Below are positions 35,369 to 46,678 of a stretch of DNA of 64,000 nucleotides, piece after piece. The notes below the pieces were generated by a model. It ran no database searches and was not told the origin of the DNA. It saw only the letters and a list, made by a program, of their open reading frames with translations. The first letter of the stretch is position 1; every line of letters begins with the position of its first letter. The translations under genes and the position numbers were made by a program. This DNA comes from Minutocellus sp. GHC0000111. Lineage: Eukaryota. Location: positions 62,001 to 126,000 of the forward strand of contig OZ361257.1 of the NCBI GenBank assembly GCA_977018835.1, written 5' to 3'.

Positions 35369-36982
35369 ATGGAACTCGAGGACCCAGCAATACTTGCAAT
35401 GGAGCAGCAGCCTGTGCCACTGGTTGGGCTCCTCCACGACCAAGTGCGTTTGCGATTATGGCCAATCATCCGGAGAAGGTTGCAAGATAACATCGACATT
35501 GATCCCCCGCGAGATGACTTGCGCGAGGCCCTTCGTCGGGCCATTGTGCTTTCAGCCCCGATCGATATCGTCCGCAGCCTGCTTGCGATGAACCCCGCCG
35601 ATGTTACCTTGGCCTCGAGCCCATTTTCGAGTGAACCCGATGCCGCCTCGAAGCGCAACCAGTGCAGTCCGCTGCACATTGCTGCTATGAAATATGTCCC
35701 GCCCAACATTGTCGATGCGATTTTGGAGCGCAATCCCGACTGGTGCATCGCCACTGACGCGTACGGCCGATCACCATTGCACATCTTGTGTCTATGTGTT
35801 ACCAATTCGATGACAAATCGAACGGCCGAAGACAGGAGGGAAAACATTGACCATCTTGTCCGATCGGTCCTGGATCGTCATCCCAAGGCGGCTTCCATCG
35901 TGGATAGAAAGGGCAACACACCGTTGCATCGGATTGCATGCTGGCAATCCCAAAGTTTGTACTTCTTGAGCCGCGACATAGCTAGGTCCCTAATGGAAGC
36001 TCAGCCAGCGGCAGCCAAAAAGGTCAACAGGGCAGGACGAAACGCCCTACTACACGCCATTAACTTCCGTGCGCCGCACATGGTTGTGAAGGAAATTATA
36101 AGGAAGTGCCCAGAGTCGGTGACTGGGTACAAAGGGAAAACTCCGCTGCTGACTTTACTTTTGAGCAACTGGTACCACCGCGATCAGGCGTCGAGCTACG
36201 AAGGAGCCGACGGCTACAATGAATCCCTTCTTCTGCCAAGAGAAACCTTGGCAGAGAACTTTCGATCAGGATCTTCCGATGCCTGGCGCTTGGAAAATGG
36301 GCATTGGAACCCTTACTTGATTGCCCAAGATGTTATCAATTTATACTGCCGGGAAGACGAGAACTACGGCGGTACCATTTGGGCGGTTACGCATCCCAGT
36401 CTTTGCCCCAAGCTGATTCAGCGCATTGGATATTGCACATTTGGCCAAAGTCTCAAGGTCGCAAATGTATTAACTGGGAATTTTATGCTTCACATCATAG
36501 CTTCGACCCCTCCAATTGACGAGGCAACTGCCAAACGAGTCGAACCTCATCCGCTCGCTGATGACGCGAAAGCTGTTGACCCGCTCAGTGAAATCGCCGA
36601 AATATATCCCGAGGCCGCCCGGAAAACGAACAAGGCCGGCAAACTACCGCTGCAACTTGCCATTGAATCTTGTCGGCGGTGGAACTCTGTCGTACGAGCG
36701 CTGGTCAAGGCCAACCCAACGGCCCTCTTGTACGAGAACATACCGCTTGGAGCCATACCGCATGCTTTCGAAAAGGTTGTGCAGGAAGATGACCTATCGC
36801 TAACATTCCAAGTGATGAAGGAGACCATTGGCGGTATCCTTGGCAGCTGCGATGATTGCGGATGCAAAATTTTATCACCGGCTAGATCATGCGGTCAAAA
36901 GAGACAACGACATCGAACCCCACCCAAGAGCTCCGCCAAGCGGCTCTTTGCCTCTCCCAGCCATGCTGGCGAACAAAAGTAA
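35369..36982 (+). CDS. Ankyrin-like repeat protein
   Basis: Repeats SPLHIA, GRSPLHIL, GNTPLH, GKLPLQLA. Confidence 0.8.
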   Translation: MELEDPAILAMEQQPVPLVGLLHDQVRLRLWPIIRRRLQDNIDIDPPRDDLREALRRAIVLSAPIDIVRSLLAMNPADVTLASSPFSSEPDAASKRNQCSPLHIAAMKYVPPNIVDAILERNPDWCIATDAYGRSPLHILCLCVTNSMTNRTAEDRRENIDHLVRSVLDRHPKAASIVDRKGNTPLHRIACWQSQSLYFLSRDIARSLMEAQPAAAKKVNRAGRNALLHAINFRAPHMVVKEIIRKCPESVTGYKGKTPLLTLLLSNWYHRDQASSYEGADGYNESLLLPRETLAENFRSGSSDAWRLENGHWNPYLIAQDVINLYCREDENYGGTIWAVTHPSLCPKLIQRIGYCTFGQSLKVANVLTGNFMLHIIASTPPIDEATAKRVEPHPLADDAKAVDPLSEIAEIYPEAARKTNKAGKLPLQLAIESCRRWNSVVRALVKANPTALLYENIPLGAIPHAFEKVVQEDDLSLTFQVMKETIGGILGSCDDCGCKILSPARSCGQKRQRHRTPPKSSAKRLFASPSHAGEQK

Positions 36983-37194
36983 CGCTGTGAACACAAGCGC
37001 CTTAATTTGCTTGTTGCGCTGTCCTGTATTTGACCACCCGGGGCAATAGATACTAAAAGAAGAGAAACGAAACTAATCTTGCTAGTTCTATAAATAAATT
37101 CAAACTCATAAACAATGCTACGCTAGAACAACAAGTGAAGTCGAGTCAAATGTAAGCATTTTCTACTTTATATATCGGACCGTCGCCCTAAGTT

Positions 37195-38992
37195 TTACGG
37201 CTCGACGATCTCAATCTTCGTACCCTTGCGGATTTGTCCCCAACCAATCAATCGCCAGTGCTTGTCCACTCTTCGGCTGAGAGCGATCTTCTCACCCTCC
37301 TTGGTACAGACGGGCTGCGTCAGGGCGATCTTGGCCAGGTCGCCCTTGACGGCCTGGACCTTGCCGCCGGTGGCGGTCGAGCCGATGTTGACCATGAGGA
37401 TCTCCGCCCGGCTCAGCTTCTGGACCTTGGCCTGCTTGCCACCGTCGCTGGTCTTGACACCGAGCAACCGGCGGAGGAGGTAGTAGGAGATCTCAATCTC
37501 GGAAAATACATCGGGGAGCTGTCCCCGCAGGCCGAGGACCTGTCCGACCAGCCGATCGGCACGGGTAAGGGTGGGGTCGACGCGGGTACCGACACCGATG
37601 AGACCACCGGGCACGGCATACTGCAACGTGTTGGATTCGGCGAACAGACTGGACACACGGGAGTAGATGGGAGAGCACCGCATGGTCCCATCGCCGTCGG
37701 TGGACTTGGTAACGATGCCGGGTCGGACCTCGATCTCGTCGTTGACGCGAAGGACGCCCTGAAGGATGGACCCACCGGCGACTCCGCCCTGCAGGTCGGA
37801 CACGTCCTGACCGGGCTTGTTGACGTCGAAGGAACGGATGACGATCATGCGGGGTACCGACGTAAAGTCCCGAAGAGGAACGGGGACACGGTGGACGAGG
37901 TATTCGCAGACGACGTCGATGTTGTATTTGAGGACGGCACTGATGGGGATGACGGGCGCGGAATCGGCGACGGTACCGGCGACGAACTTTCGGATCTGCT
38001 CGTGCTGGGCCAGAGCGGCATCGGGCTTAACGAGATCGACCTTGTTTTGGAGGATGATGATGTTTTGCAGGCGCATAATTTCCACGGCGGCCAAGTGCTC
38101 CGAGGTTTGCGGCTGGGGGCAGGTTTCGTTGCCGGCAACGAGAAGAAGGGCGGCGTCCATGACGGCCGCGCCGTTGAGCATGGTGGCCATGAGAATGTCA
38201 TGACCGGGACAATCCACGAACGACACATGCCGGCGCAGATGGTAAGTCACGCCGGTCTTTTCATCTGTAAAGGTATCGGGATGGGACGATCCACGGGAGG
38301 TGTAGAATCCACCCTTTTGCTTGTCATCGTCGCCACTCGCTTCCTCCCCGCCCTCCTTTTCGGGTGCCGGACCTCCCTTGTAAATTTTGGCATTGGCGTA
38401 TCCCAGCTTGATGGTGATATTCCGCTCCAGCTCGTTCTTGAACCGGACCGTCTGCACACCCGAGATGGCCTTGACGACCGTCGACTTGCCGTGCGCTACG
38501 TGGCCGATGGTACCAATGTTGATGGTCGCCTGGCGACTGATCTGTAGTTGTTAGAAGAGATTGGAATAGACATGAATGAATACAGATTAGCAAGCATGGT
38601 GTGTGATATCTCTCTCGACAGGTCGGGTCGTTCATCATCGGTGGCGGCATCATCATTTCTCGGGACGGACGACATCATCAGATCCCCGTCCAAAACCGGC
38701 ACAAGATGTGTCGAACACCGCGAAATCGCTCGATAAGGCAAATCACCGCCCATTGAACACCCTGAAGCATCGGTACCCCTCGAATCGCTGGCATCGACCA
38801 CCATGCTTCCTCACGCAGCTCCCATTCCACCCTCCAGACGACTGAGCCCATAACCCATTGCGGCCCTCCGGTCTTCTGAGTTCTCCTCCCTCGTCTCTGC
38901 ACAAAACTCACAACTTCCGGCGTCAGCGCCGACAGTTTGCTCGGGTCGACCGCCTGGGCGTCCTGCGGGAGGAGTACGTCCTCCTTCGTCAT
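37195..38992 (-). CDS. EIF2S3: Translation initiation factor eIF2 gamma subunit; exons 38992-38912, 38541-37195
   Basis: [44 protein letters not shown]...CAG intron. Confidence 0.97.
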
Positions 38993-39156
38993 GGCTGCTG
39001 TTTTGTATCGTGCCTTCCTCGGCTTCGATGTGCCCAGATCGCATGACGTGCCGAGAGCTGCCGCTGTCGGGCGCCTGCCAGACCGGATGAATCAAAAGGA
39101 GGTTATTGGTAGTAACGTTAGTGCTGGCCACAAATTTGCCGCCATTTATACTACGC

Positions 39157-40997
39157 ATGGCCACCACGACCATGGCCACCACCCCCACCCTCGATCCACG
39201 ACGGTACAACCTCCTGTGCGAGTTTGCCATCCGCCACACGGCATTTCACCGTGCCGAGCTCGAATCGGTCTTGTCGTTGTGGAACATTGTCATCGGGAGA
39301 GATTGCACGGTCGTCGAATTGCCGTGCAATCCCGACCATCATAATGGTCCTGCAACATCATCATCAAAAGTAGACGAAGGCAGTGGCAAGGCATCTCCAG
39401 CGGACAAGGCGGAAGTATGCAAGAAGCGGCCAAGAGAGGAAGATGGTGCAAATTCCAAGCAAGATGCGTCGCCGCCGTCAGGTACGACATCGCCGTATCA
39501 CGCCGCCAACACCCGGCAGGCCTCGCGGTCGTTCCTCATCCTGTCCTTCCCGCGGTCGGCCATTGGGACCCAATTCCGTCACGACATTTATGGTGATGCT
39601 GGCGACAACAATGATGAACGTGCGAGTCAATCGGAGAAGAATAGTCTGCCCGACATCAAGGAGATGCTTTCTAGATGCGTACTGATTCGGAGCGTCATTG
39701 AGCTTTGGGGAGCCGGCACGTCCATAGAAGAGTGTGCCGCCTCTGTCCAAACCTATGCTGCGTGTGCTACCAATGCCTCCAATGTGACCAAGCATCACCA
39801 ATCGACCGATCGATCGTGGAAGATCACCGCCCACACGTTGGGATCCAAGTACAACCGCGACGAGCAGAATGATATGCGAGAACAGTTTGCCTTCCTCCAC
39901 TTGGGAGGCCAAGTCCAAATGAACGCACCGGACGACGAATACATCTTCATCCGCGAAATGAGTCTCAACACCAAGGGTGGGCCGTTGTATCCGCGTCTGT
40001 CGGAGGTGAAGGAGCTCATCCCCGAGAACGATCGACGACCGTCCCTCGCGGCGTACTTTGGACGGATCCTGGGTGGGGAGCGGAATTGGAGGTCGGATCT
40101 GGGATGCTACAGTCTGAAGAAGAGGGTGTATCTGGGCCCGACCAGCATGGATGCCGAGCTGAGTTTGGTCATGACCAACCTTGCTAGAGTTACCGACAAG
40201 AGTTTGGCGTTCGATCCGTTTGTGGGCACGGGGTCGATATTGCTTTCGTGTGGTCTGAGAGGTGCCAGATGTGTTGGGACGGATATTGACCTGAGGGTGC
40301 TGAGGGGAGAAGGCAAAAGTGAGGATGTGTTCTCTAATTTTCGACAATACAAACTGGCAAGGCCGGAGCTCATTAGATCGGACAATTCGTTGTATCATCG
40401 ACACTACCGTCGGCACGAGCCGCTGTACGATGCCATAGTGACCGATCCGCTATTCGGGCGGGAGCGCGAAAGAGCGGCAGTCGCAGAGAAGAAGTCCGAG
40501 CCGTCCGAGAGGAGCACAGGGGGGATCACATTGCCCAGACCCGGCCCTATGCCGTGTCGGATGTGATGGCCGATCTGCTGGACGTGTCGGCTCGAACTTT
40601 GACCATGGGTGGACGGTTGGTGTATGTGATCCCCAGCATGACCGACTTTGACGAGGCCACAGATCTGCCCCGTCACGAATGCCTTCGGCTGGTCTACACT
40701 TGCTTCCAACCTCTGCAGCATCCCGAGCTGGGCCGACGAACCGTCACCATGGAGAAGATTGTGGAATACAACGAGACGAAACGAGAGGAGTACATGGCCA
40801 AGGTTTGGGTGAACGGCCCAGAATCGGCCGAAAAGTGTGCCAACATTCGAGACCGCATCGTCGAGGCTGCCAAGCTCAAGCCAGGGTACGAAGAGAAGGC
40901 CGCCATTCGGAGAGAAAAGAGACGAGCCACCAAGGAGGCCAGGAAGAAGGCCAAGAGGGATGCCAATGGCGATGGTGCGGAATTAGTAGGCATGTAA
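39157..40997 (+). pseudogene. TRM11: tRNA (guanine-10-N2)-methyltransferase TRM11-like, frameshifted in the DPPYG motif (~40450)
   Basis: YLGPTSMDAELS, DPFVGTGS, GTDID, DAIVTDP, then IRAGARKSG in a shifted frame, continuing to GGRLVY. Confidence 0.85.
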
Positions 40998-41249
40998 ATA
41001 CCATTTATTTCGGAAAACTTTATCTACGCCATGGACTTATTATGTGACTCCTGAAGAAAACGCATGTATTAAGTAAATCGGAGGGTATCGCAAAAGAGTG
41101 TGTCTAAATTTAGCAGATCTTGGCGTATTAAGCAAATGTTTAATCTATACATCATTCTTAAAAATTACATTCATTATTCTATACGTTGAGCTCAACTGGC
41201 TAGTAATCCAGTGTGTACGATCTTAGTAGAGGTCGAAAAGGTTGTCTAG

Positions 41250-41277
41250 TTAGGGTTAGGGTTAGGGTTAGGGTTAG
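41250..41277 (+). repeat. Interstitial telomere-like tract (TTAGGG)4TTAG
   Basis: Read directly from the sequence. Confidence 0.9.
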
Positions 41278-41893
41278 TGACAATTTGATAAGCGTTTACG
41301 TAGATTCTATTTTTACATGTAGATACATGTAGATCTAGAGGTCTAGAGTCTAGAAGATAGATCTAGACTCTAGATCTCTAGATAGAGATCGACATCTACA
41401 TGTTTTGTAGATCTTCTAGAGTCTAGATCTACTACATATGTATGTTGATTCTAGAATGCATAGACTACATATACATGTGTATTAGATCTAGATCTAGAGA
41501 TCTCTTCCAATCACAACTCGATGAACATTTTATTTAACGTAGATTCTAGCTAGACTCTAGTCATACGGTAGATTAGATCTGGATAGAGCTAGTAATCAAG
41601 GCCACGGTCTCTCCAGGCATTGGGATTGTTGGCCGATGTTTCTCCTTGGTGGGCACGGGTATGGGTCAGAAAAAGAAAATTACCACTGCTAAAGCCTCGG
41701 TCCGCGAACCGACACATTTCAAATTACCGTCACATGTACAAAAACTCATTGAATCGGGTAGATCTAAAAATGTGTAGATCTACCCTATCTTCCCTTGTTA
41801 CCGGCAACAAATGTGTCACAAACATTGACAAGAACATCCAACAAAAAACATGTTATTCTTCTTTCTCATGTCAAATATTTTTGATTCTGGCGT

Positions 41894-43886
41894 TTATAAA
41901 TTGACCATTGCACGTTCCAAATCTTCGACTGTTACAACAACCTCTTCGGGAACTGTAATAGGAATTTTCTGCTGGACTGGACTAGGGAGAGCTTTGAAGT
42001 GAAGGGTGCTCTGCCTCGACTCAGTGTCAATACCACCCTCGACTCTCCTCTTAATCTCGCTTCGAACAGAATTAAGAAGGAGATCTGCAATCCGCCCGTT
42101 GCGTTCCGATCTCCACTCTTCATCTGTATTGCTGCTCAAGAGCTCGGCCAAATATTCAACACTGAGCCCATCACCAGGCACAAGGCCCTTTGCGCTAAGC
42201 TTCGCAATGAACATGCGAGCGATATCGCTTGTGCTTGGATCAGGGAATTCAACTCTGAGCAGAACAGAGTTTTTCACAACATTTGCCGCGAGCACGCGAT
42301 CAAGGTCTTCTGCGTATCCCGCGAGTACAACAAGGGGGCTACCAGTCGGCATAAATGAAGCGATTTCACGAAGTGCAGCCGCACCGTGATCTCTGCCTCG
42401 AGGTCGGGCCGAAGATGGAAAAAGAGTGTATGCTTCGTCAACAAAGAGAACTCCACCAGATGCCCTTTCGATGACACGTCTGGTCTTATTGATGGTCCGT
42501 GCCTCAGACTTGCGATCGACTAGGTCGTCTCTGCATGCATAGACTACATTAGGGGATGAAACGGCTCCGATCTTGAAAAAGAGAGGCATAATCACTTCTG
42601 CGCCATAAGACTTGCCCGTTCCGGGATTGCCGACAAAAGCCATGTGGCGCGGTAGGGTGGAATCATCTCTTCCGGACCTACCACTGTCGATCTTCTCCAA
42701 TTCAATTGTGCGCCGAAGACCGCGAATTTGATTCTTTACAGTTTCGATGCCAATGATCTTTGAGAGGACGTTCTCCACCTCATCATCGGGAGGGACGAGG
42801 GCGTCCTCAATCATTTGTATTTCGTGATCATCATCGTGAGCAGTGCTATGAGCGCCGACAGCTGAGAGCTGTGACTCTTCGACACTGGAAGACGCCTCTC
42901 CCCGATCTTCCTCACCTGCACGACGAACCTGCTGCAAGAGAGAGTCCATGTCTGTCACGGTTCCAGGATCTACACCAGCCGAGAACAGAGCATGAGGATG
43001 GGCCTCCTTAATGTCCATCAGCAACGAGAGGACTGACTCCAATTCCTCTTGTTGAATGACATCGTGTGACTCCATTCCGCGCTGTAGCTCTTTCTCCATA
43101 CGTTCGCATTTTGACTTGGCGCCCTCAAAAACCTCATCGTCAGAGGGTGGTGATGTCTTCCCCTGCAGAAGCGCAACAACATTTGGGCTGGCACCATCAG
43201 CGATAGCCAAGTCAAGTGGCGTGTTCGAATCATTGTTTTTTTGGTGAGCAGCTTCTGGATATGCACGATAAAGAGCCTCAACTACTTCGAGAGGAGCATT
43301 GTAGTGTGCTGCATAGTGCAGAGGGAGATTACCGTGATTGTTCTTACGGGCCGCTCCTTTTGAAAGAAAGTTGGTTTGGCCGAGAGGAGAAGCCAAAACT
43401 TTTGGTTGAGACGTGTGAAGACCAGGAAAAAAAAGAGCAGATAGCGCATGATACTCACCCTCGGGAAAAATTCGTAAGAGCAGTTTTTCAACATCGAGAG
43501 GTCCTTTCTTCCATGCAGTAAAATGAAGAGCAAGATTACCGTAATTGTTCGTTATCGATGCTGCTTCGGGATATGCTTCTAGCAGGGCCTCAGCAACCTC
43601 TAAGGGTGCATGAAACGACGCAGCAGCATGGAGGGGTAAATTTCCACGATCATTTTTCACTTGAGCCTCAAGTCTAAAATGTAGATCGAAAAATATTGTA
43701 AATGATGCAGTGTGAGATTCAAAAACATAAATGGCAGTGATGTAAAAGAAAGCTGACAACACCAAAAAGAACAAAAATTTACCTTGTGGAGGGGTCAGAG
43801 GCGCGAGCAATTGCAGCTTTCCAGCCCTATGCTAGCTCGTGGAGATCAACCCTGTCTGGCTCTCGACCAATGGAAGCGTCAGCCAT
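41894..43886 (-). CDS. Ankyrin-repeat + CbbX/SpoVK-like AAA+ ATPase; exons 43886-43783, 43673-43459, 43356-41894; in-frame TAG at 43827-43829
   Basis: GNLPLH ankyrin repeats; IIGIETVK, HMAFVGNPGTGKS (Walker A), GGVLFVDEAY (Walker B), VLAGY; canonical GT-AG introns. Confidence 0.8.
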
Positions 43887-44100
43887 GATGCTGAACGGTA
43901 AAAAATGAAGTTCACTGGTGGGAAATACTACTAGTCTAGCTAGTAATAGAAACGATTCATTCGGTGTAGGCCTACCGAGTCTTCGTGTAGGTACGTGATA
44001 TGTACGCGTAGGTTCAAATGTAACGTACCTAAACTATGAAAAAACTACGAAGATCAAAACGATTCCCTTCGTTCATGTGATGAATAGGGTACAGCCTTGC

Positions 44101-44916
44101 AATGAGGGAATTGTTTGGCGAGAACGATGGTATGTACGGGTCCCATCTTTCGCAGGACGATAGTTGTACCATTGGAGAACACAAACACATGCGGCGAATC
44201 GATGGGGACACCCAACGACGAGCATGATAATTTTGGCAAGAAGGCGGTATCATCGTCGTCCAAATCTTGCAGCAGAGTACGACATTTATTTGGAGCCCTG
44301 GAATGAGGGAATTGTTTGGCGAGAACGATGATATGTACGGGTCCCATCTTTCGCAGGACGATAGTTGTACCATTGGAGAACACAAACACATGCGGCGAAT
44401 CGATGGGGACACCCAACGACGAGCATGATAATTTCTGCAAGAAGGCGGTGTCATCGTCGTCCAAATCTTGCAGCAGAGTACGACATTTATTTGGAGCCCT
44501 GGAATGAGTGGATTGTTTGGCGAGAACGATGGTATGTACGGGTCCCATCTTTCGCAGGACGATAGTTGTACCATTGGAGAACACAAACGCATGCGGCGAA
44601 TCGATGGGGACACCCAACGACGAGCATGATAATTTTGGCAAGAAGGCGGTGTCATCGTCGTCCAAATCTTGCAGCAGAGTACGACTTTTACTTGGAGCCC
44701 TGGAATGAGGGAATTGTTTGGCGAGAACGATGATATGTACGGGTCCCATCTTTCGCAGGACGATAGTTGTACCATTGGAGAACACAAACACATGCGGCGA
44801 ATCGATGGGGACACCCAACGACGAGCATGATAATTTCTGCAAGAAGGCGGTGTCATCGTCGTCCAAATCTTGCAGCAGAGTACGACATTTACTTGGAGCC
44901 CTGGAATGAGGGAATT
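44101..44916. repeat. Tandem array of four 201-bp units with alternating A/B variants
   Basis: Units start at 44101, 44302, 44503 and 44704, with a partial unit at 44905. Confidence 0.97.
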
Positions 44917-45211
44917 TGCTAACATGTTGAAAATGTTGTTGTAGAATCTACGTGAATATGCATCAAATTGTCATCTTGAGCGCAAGCTCAAGAGGGTCAA
45001 TGTGTACATGCATGTAGATAGATCTAGACCTCATAGATCTAAATGGAGCGCTCCTGAAATTATATCTCGGTTTAGATGATAGTTGAGAGAACAGCGCAAT
45101 AGATTGATTCCCTTAAGTAAATTGAATGAAGTGACGTTAGCGCAATATAGAATCTGTACATGTAAGACCCTTGGCAAGGTCAGGGTCTCATAGATTCTAT
45201 TGCTGTGTATA

Positions 45212-45609
45212 TACAGTCCGTGCACGCCTACAGTGTACATGAATAAAGGATATTTCATATCCTGGTTTGAGACCTCGTATAATTTTTTTGCCCCTGATAA
45301 GGATAGTCAGATCTCAGCTTTGCCAACATCCATATATTTCTCTCACGGCAGGCCCCCAGAAGAGACTACTTCCTCCAAGACTTTTGGTGGGGAGGACGCC
45401 TCCTATCTTTCGCAGAAGGATTGTGAGAAGCTTCTTATAAATGGTGACGACGAGGTTTCTCTTGAGGTTGGGCTAAATCTAAAAGTCTTGGTGCCTCGTG
45501 AAGCTTGGATAGACTATTGGCGGTTTTGGAGAGGTTTGTGGTTGCTAAAAGCTTTGCTATTCCTCACCTTAGAGACGTTATATTGCTACATGGTGTTGCC
45601 ACGTCATTA
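45212..45609 (+). mobile_element. MITE-like repeat, family A (near-identical to the inverted copy at 53520-53925)
   Basis: Starts TA-CAGTCCGT; about 390 bp almost identical to the reverse complement of 53520-53925. Confidence 0.8.
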
Positions 45610-45991
45610 AATAAGGATATCCTCAGCTGCCTACAATGTTTACAATTGTGGTTCTTGTTTTTGATATTTAATATTCGTTCTTACTGATGCAAGTGCGGCT
45701 ACCTGTCTAATTGGATTTGGTTCTAACTTTCATTATGATAGATAGATTTAAGCTATATAGATCTACACTTAGCGGGACGACACCACCACCTCAGCTGAGA
45801 CCTACCTCAGGTCTCGAAGCAACATCCTTATAGGCGTGACGGGCTGTTAACAGCATTCATTAGATATCAATATATATTTTATCTTCATAAACATTAGCGA
45901 AGTAGAAAACAATGAGGGCAGAACTCATTTCTTTGTGACGCGTTTTGTGATGAAAAAGACACTTTGACCACCACCACGAAAGGAGATGCCT

Positions 45992-46201
45992 TACAGTCCG
46001 TTCTCACCCTACATGTACAAGCAATTGAGACTCGGGCCCGAGGTCTCAAATTGCTTATTTTGGAATAAGGAATAACATGCGAATGAGGTACCATTTACCG
46101 GTAGCTCTTAGAATAAGCAATATACTCAGAATTTCAGCCCTCACCTAAGCAACTACCAATTGCTTATAGAGTTTAAGATCTAGGTGAGAGAACGGACTGT
46201 A
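45992..46201. mobile_element. Tc1/mariner-type MITE
   Basis: TA-CAGTCCGTTCTC ... GAGAACGGACTG-TA. Confidence 0.8.
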
Positions 46202-46678
46202 GATCTACATGCACATATGCACATAGAGTAGGTCTAGAGATCTAGACTAGATCTACATGTGTAGATCTAGATCTACATGTACATGTAGACTAGATCTACA
46301 TGTGTAGATCTAGTCTAGATCTAGATCTACATGGAACGGAAGATCTACCCCCTCATATTTTATGTGAAATTATGATGTGTGCTCTTGCTAGTCTAATGCA
46401 AGTGCGGCTACCTTTTTTCGAATAGGGTTTTTTGTTAGATAGATTTAGCTTAGTGTGGACGACACCACCTCAATGTACCGGTACCGTGTCTCTTTCTTGA
46501 CACCACCACCACCACCTCGTTTTAGAGGAGGTGTAAAAATCTACGTACCGTACGTAAAGCAAATTCGTTTGTGAACATACACACTATCATACGCTTTTGC
46601 GTACCTACAAGTCTTTTACAGAAATTCATGTTTCAACAGAAGACCTCATTTCGTGCTAAAGTGTTGGACTGACGAGGA

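Noticed and set aside
37234..38547. 437-aa plus-strand ORF (similarly 2673-4421, 1498-2676, 13635-14378)
   Set aside because: Antisense shadows of real genes with biased codon usage
41250..41277. True chromosome end
   Set aside because: Only 28 bp long, sequence continues, and the flank recurs at 59021
1995..43886. Reassigned genetic code explaining the in-frame TAG/TGA codons
   Set aside because: TAA, TAG and TGA all end clearly bounded genes here, internal stops are single events, and frameshifts co-occur
44101..44916. CRISPR array
   Set aside because: Contiguous 201-bp units with no unique spacers; eukaryotic context; no cas genes
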